Assembly: GCF_000002075.1 (NCBI RefSeq)
Contig: NW_004797401.1
Span: 737,381-801,380, forward strand
DNA: 64,000 nucleotides
Direction of reading: 5' to 3'
Source: Aplysia californica
Lineage: Eukaryota
Each line of letters starts with the position of its first letter. The stretch's first letter is position 1. The position numbers and the translations under genes are program-made. Shown here one piece after another: positions 60,763-64,000 of the stretch. Below the pieces are notes generated by a model. That model worked only from the letters and a program-made list of their open reading frames with translations, was not told where the DNA came from and made no database searches.

Positions 60763-63700
60763 AAGAGGGATAGGGAGGGAGGGACAAAAAAGAGCACTCC
60801 GTCTGGAGAGGACGGGAAAAGAGATGAGCAGATAGAAAAAGAAAGAGAGCAAGACAGATAAAGAAGGGGAAAGGGAGATGTATTAAAATACTGAAAGAAG
60901 GGGAAACGGAGACAAAAATGGGGCAGAGAAAAGGAAAAAGAAAGGAAGTGAGAAAAAGGTGGGGGGGGAGACACGGACAGGTTTAGGGGGGTTGAAAGGG
61001 GCTTACGGAAGAAAAAAAGTTCAGAAAGAAAGAGAGAAAATGGACATGTGTAAATGTATGTGCGTAAGTATGTTTTTGTGCGTGTGTGTGTGTTTGTTTG
61101 TTTGTATGTAGGCAAGAGAATACGGAGTAATAAAAAGTGAAAGAGAGAGAAGAAAAGATTAATAGAAAAAGAGAGAGCGAGAGAAATGGGGAATGGTGAG
61201 AGACAGAAAAGGGGGGGGGCAGTATTCTCTGTTAAATAAAAATGCCTTTTTTTAAAGAATTGTCCCCCTAATTCAAGCACTGGACACTCTTATCATTTGA
61301 CTACTAAATAAGTAGAAAACATTCACAGCTCAAGACTTCTTTTTGACCTGGTGCAAAGAATCGTTTGTAGTTATGTACCTTAGTTGTAGTGTTTGTTTTC
61401 GACTTATTGATACGAAGCAATGAAGCTCAATGACTAGCCATGAGCACATATGGCCAGTTTTGCGAAGATGGATCAGAAACTAATGGAAGTTGCCATCCAC
61501 CGGCTAAGATACCGATTCCAGTCGTAACAGCAATACACATAATTAATCTTTAGCACGTCTGCTCTCGAACCTATCCTAAGAATATTGTGACGTCACTCTT
61601 GTTTAATTTATGATGTCCCAAATAATGGATGGTTTGCCCTGACGACAATGCTCACAGAAGAAAAAAATCCAAACTTGGCGAATAGCCCAAAGTATTTCAT
61701 GTAGATTTGCAGTGTACGTAGAGAATCTGCACGTTCCTATAACACAGTTACAGTTAATCGTTAGGTTAGTGAATTAAATTAAGGGAGATAAACTTTTTTG
61801 ATGACCAGCGTTCTGGCCGTCCAAATTCCTCTGTGAACGAGAAATCTGTGGTTGTTATCAACACTATAATTGTGCAAATTCCCCATACCTCTATACATGA
61901 ACCAAAGAGCAAATCTGATTTTTGTTTGGGTTGTGCTAAATGATAGTCGTGGAGAACTGCATACAAAGAGTGTGTTTCCTTTGGCTACTCCATTTACTAC
62001 TTAAAGAAAAGAACAGAGAGGGTGAAATGTGCCCCAGGTTTGCTAAACATGTGTGAACCCCATGGGCCCAAGCGAATTATATACATTGTCTTAGGAGAAG
62101 AAACTCGGATTCCCTTTTTTGGTATTTCATCAAAACAGCAAGCTGAAAGGCATTTGGATAGATAAAAGATGGATAGACCTGTCGTTGTGTGCCAAGGATT
62201 TCAAAACAGAAAGAGGCTTTTTACTGCCTTTTACGATTAATGTGCCCTTGCGGTTGCTATCATACAGCATAATATTACTATGTACAAAATATACTAGAAC
62301 AACTGAAATTGCTATTAATGTCTCATCCAGCCTACAGTTCTGATCTTGTCCCTCTCGAATTATGATTATTTAATATTCCGAAAAACAAGCTTGCTGGGCA
62401 ACAGTTTGAACGCATTCGGGACCAAGCCAGAACTATATTCACGGCTGCACAGCATACCAAAAACTGATTATCGTTATGCCGTCCGGAAGTTTCCGTGGAA
62501 GCTAATCAAGAAATTCAAGGGACTTTAAAGATTAAGACTCATAACATTAAAAGTTTTTGGAATACTTCATAATTCCCATCACTTTTTTATCTACCCTCGT
62601 ATTTAGGTGCATTTATATTGATAAGGGGGGGGGGAGGGAGGGGAGTCTCAAAATTAGGAAGGTTGAAAGTGTCACTGATAAATACATATTGAAGTATTTT
62701 TATTTGACCGAAGTGAAGCTCTTGCCGTATGTCGCTTGATGTCTTATTATCTACATAATAAACTAAAGTTGTACGCTGTCTTCCTCCGTCTCTTTTTCCT
62801 CAATTTTTGAAATCAGGGTGAGTGTTTCAATCAAGGCTCCATCTTTTGTTCACTGAGTCATGAGGGGCGTTGGCCTTTCATTCTTTCAACCAAAAATTGT
62901 CATACATTTGTTCGTTTTGTTCTCATCCATAGTCTTGTCCTCCACTTGCTTCACGTCTATACTTGTAAGAGGAATTGAAGGACCCGAAGAATATTTATCT
63001 CGGAAATACTGAAACTAGTAAGCCAACACTGACTGGGTTGCTGCCCAATCTTGATAAGCCCCATTTGGATATCGAGAGGCTACCAAACAAAGTGGACAAT
63101 GTTTGGCTGTTGCATTAACAGCATAAAATTGTCTTAATTGGAAACTCGCCACAACTGTTTCTTATTAAAAAAAATTATTGCGGCCACTGCTGAGAAGGGA
63201 TAAACAAATATGGACATGTTCCAACTACGTGTACTCGTCATTATACTCATTCGTAGCTATTTCATTGTGTTAATAGAAATAGATATGATGAAAATCACAC
63301 TTTATACTTCGAAAAGCACACTGCTGAAAGAAACCTCTGGCTGTTCTTGTATTTAACCTTCTGGAAGTTTTTTCCCTTTCTATTATGTGTTTTGTTTCCA
63401 CCCCTCCAGCCTGGGGCACACACGGCCAATGTCTGACGTAGTCGTGCAGACAGTACACAGCACCACCTTTGTATCGGACTGTCAAACTTACACCTATACT
63501 TTGAACTCATTCTGGTTTAGTTGACTACACAAAAGTAAGGCTGCTCTCAACCTCTTGCCATTCTAGAGATACAATAACTCGCAAAATGAAATGGTAAGTT
63601 AATCACGGGATTTTCTCTGGCTTAAATAAGCTTATACCCTCATGCAGTTGTTCTGTAACACGGAGCAATTGTTCAGTTAAATACATCTTTAACTACTTAC

Positions 63701-64000
63701 GTGTCTAGATAAAAATTCAAAGAAAAAAAACGGTTAAACAATAAACATTAAATGCTAATTCATTATCAATGAAGTGATCTGCCTTACTGGTGAGGCGGCA
63801 ATTCTACATGTACAAGCAGCTGGCACTTGGACTCTTGACATTTTTTTAAAAGTTGAAAGGCCTCAACAAGATCCAACGATTTATCCTTAGAACAATTCAG
63901 TGCACATTTGTTCGTCACTGATATGAGATTTTCTTCCATGTGAATGACACATGGAGTGACAAGGAGAGACAAGTGGCAAGGAGCTTTCTGCGCTTATTTT

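Overview
Repeat-rich, gapped eukaryotic scaffold with many N-runs and microsatellites. It is probably a gastropod mollusc, inferred from the SINE types and receptor style. The only intact protein-coding genes I can support are two co-oriented, single-coding-exon, paralogous class A-like 7TM receptors (33349-34416 and 47044-48087) that resemble expanded molluscan chemoreceptors. Both depart from the canonical class A motifs: QRF for DRY, E at 2.50, no GN or NPxxY, no ECL2 Cys, and a conserved CX5C in ECL1. Their intracellular faces are near-invariant while their extracellular loops diverge. The rest of the window is mobile-element debris: four tRNA-derived SINE families (CORE-like, Nin/Deu-like, an apparent CORE+Nin hybrid and a short family), RTE and Rex1-type LINE relics, a duplicated Mutator (MULE) transposase fragment, a Tc1 relic, several MITEs and palindromes, and an 8x36-bp minisatellite. 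A few CpG-rich motif clusters may be regulatory. All alignments were done by eye and no database searches were run.
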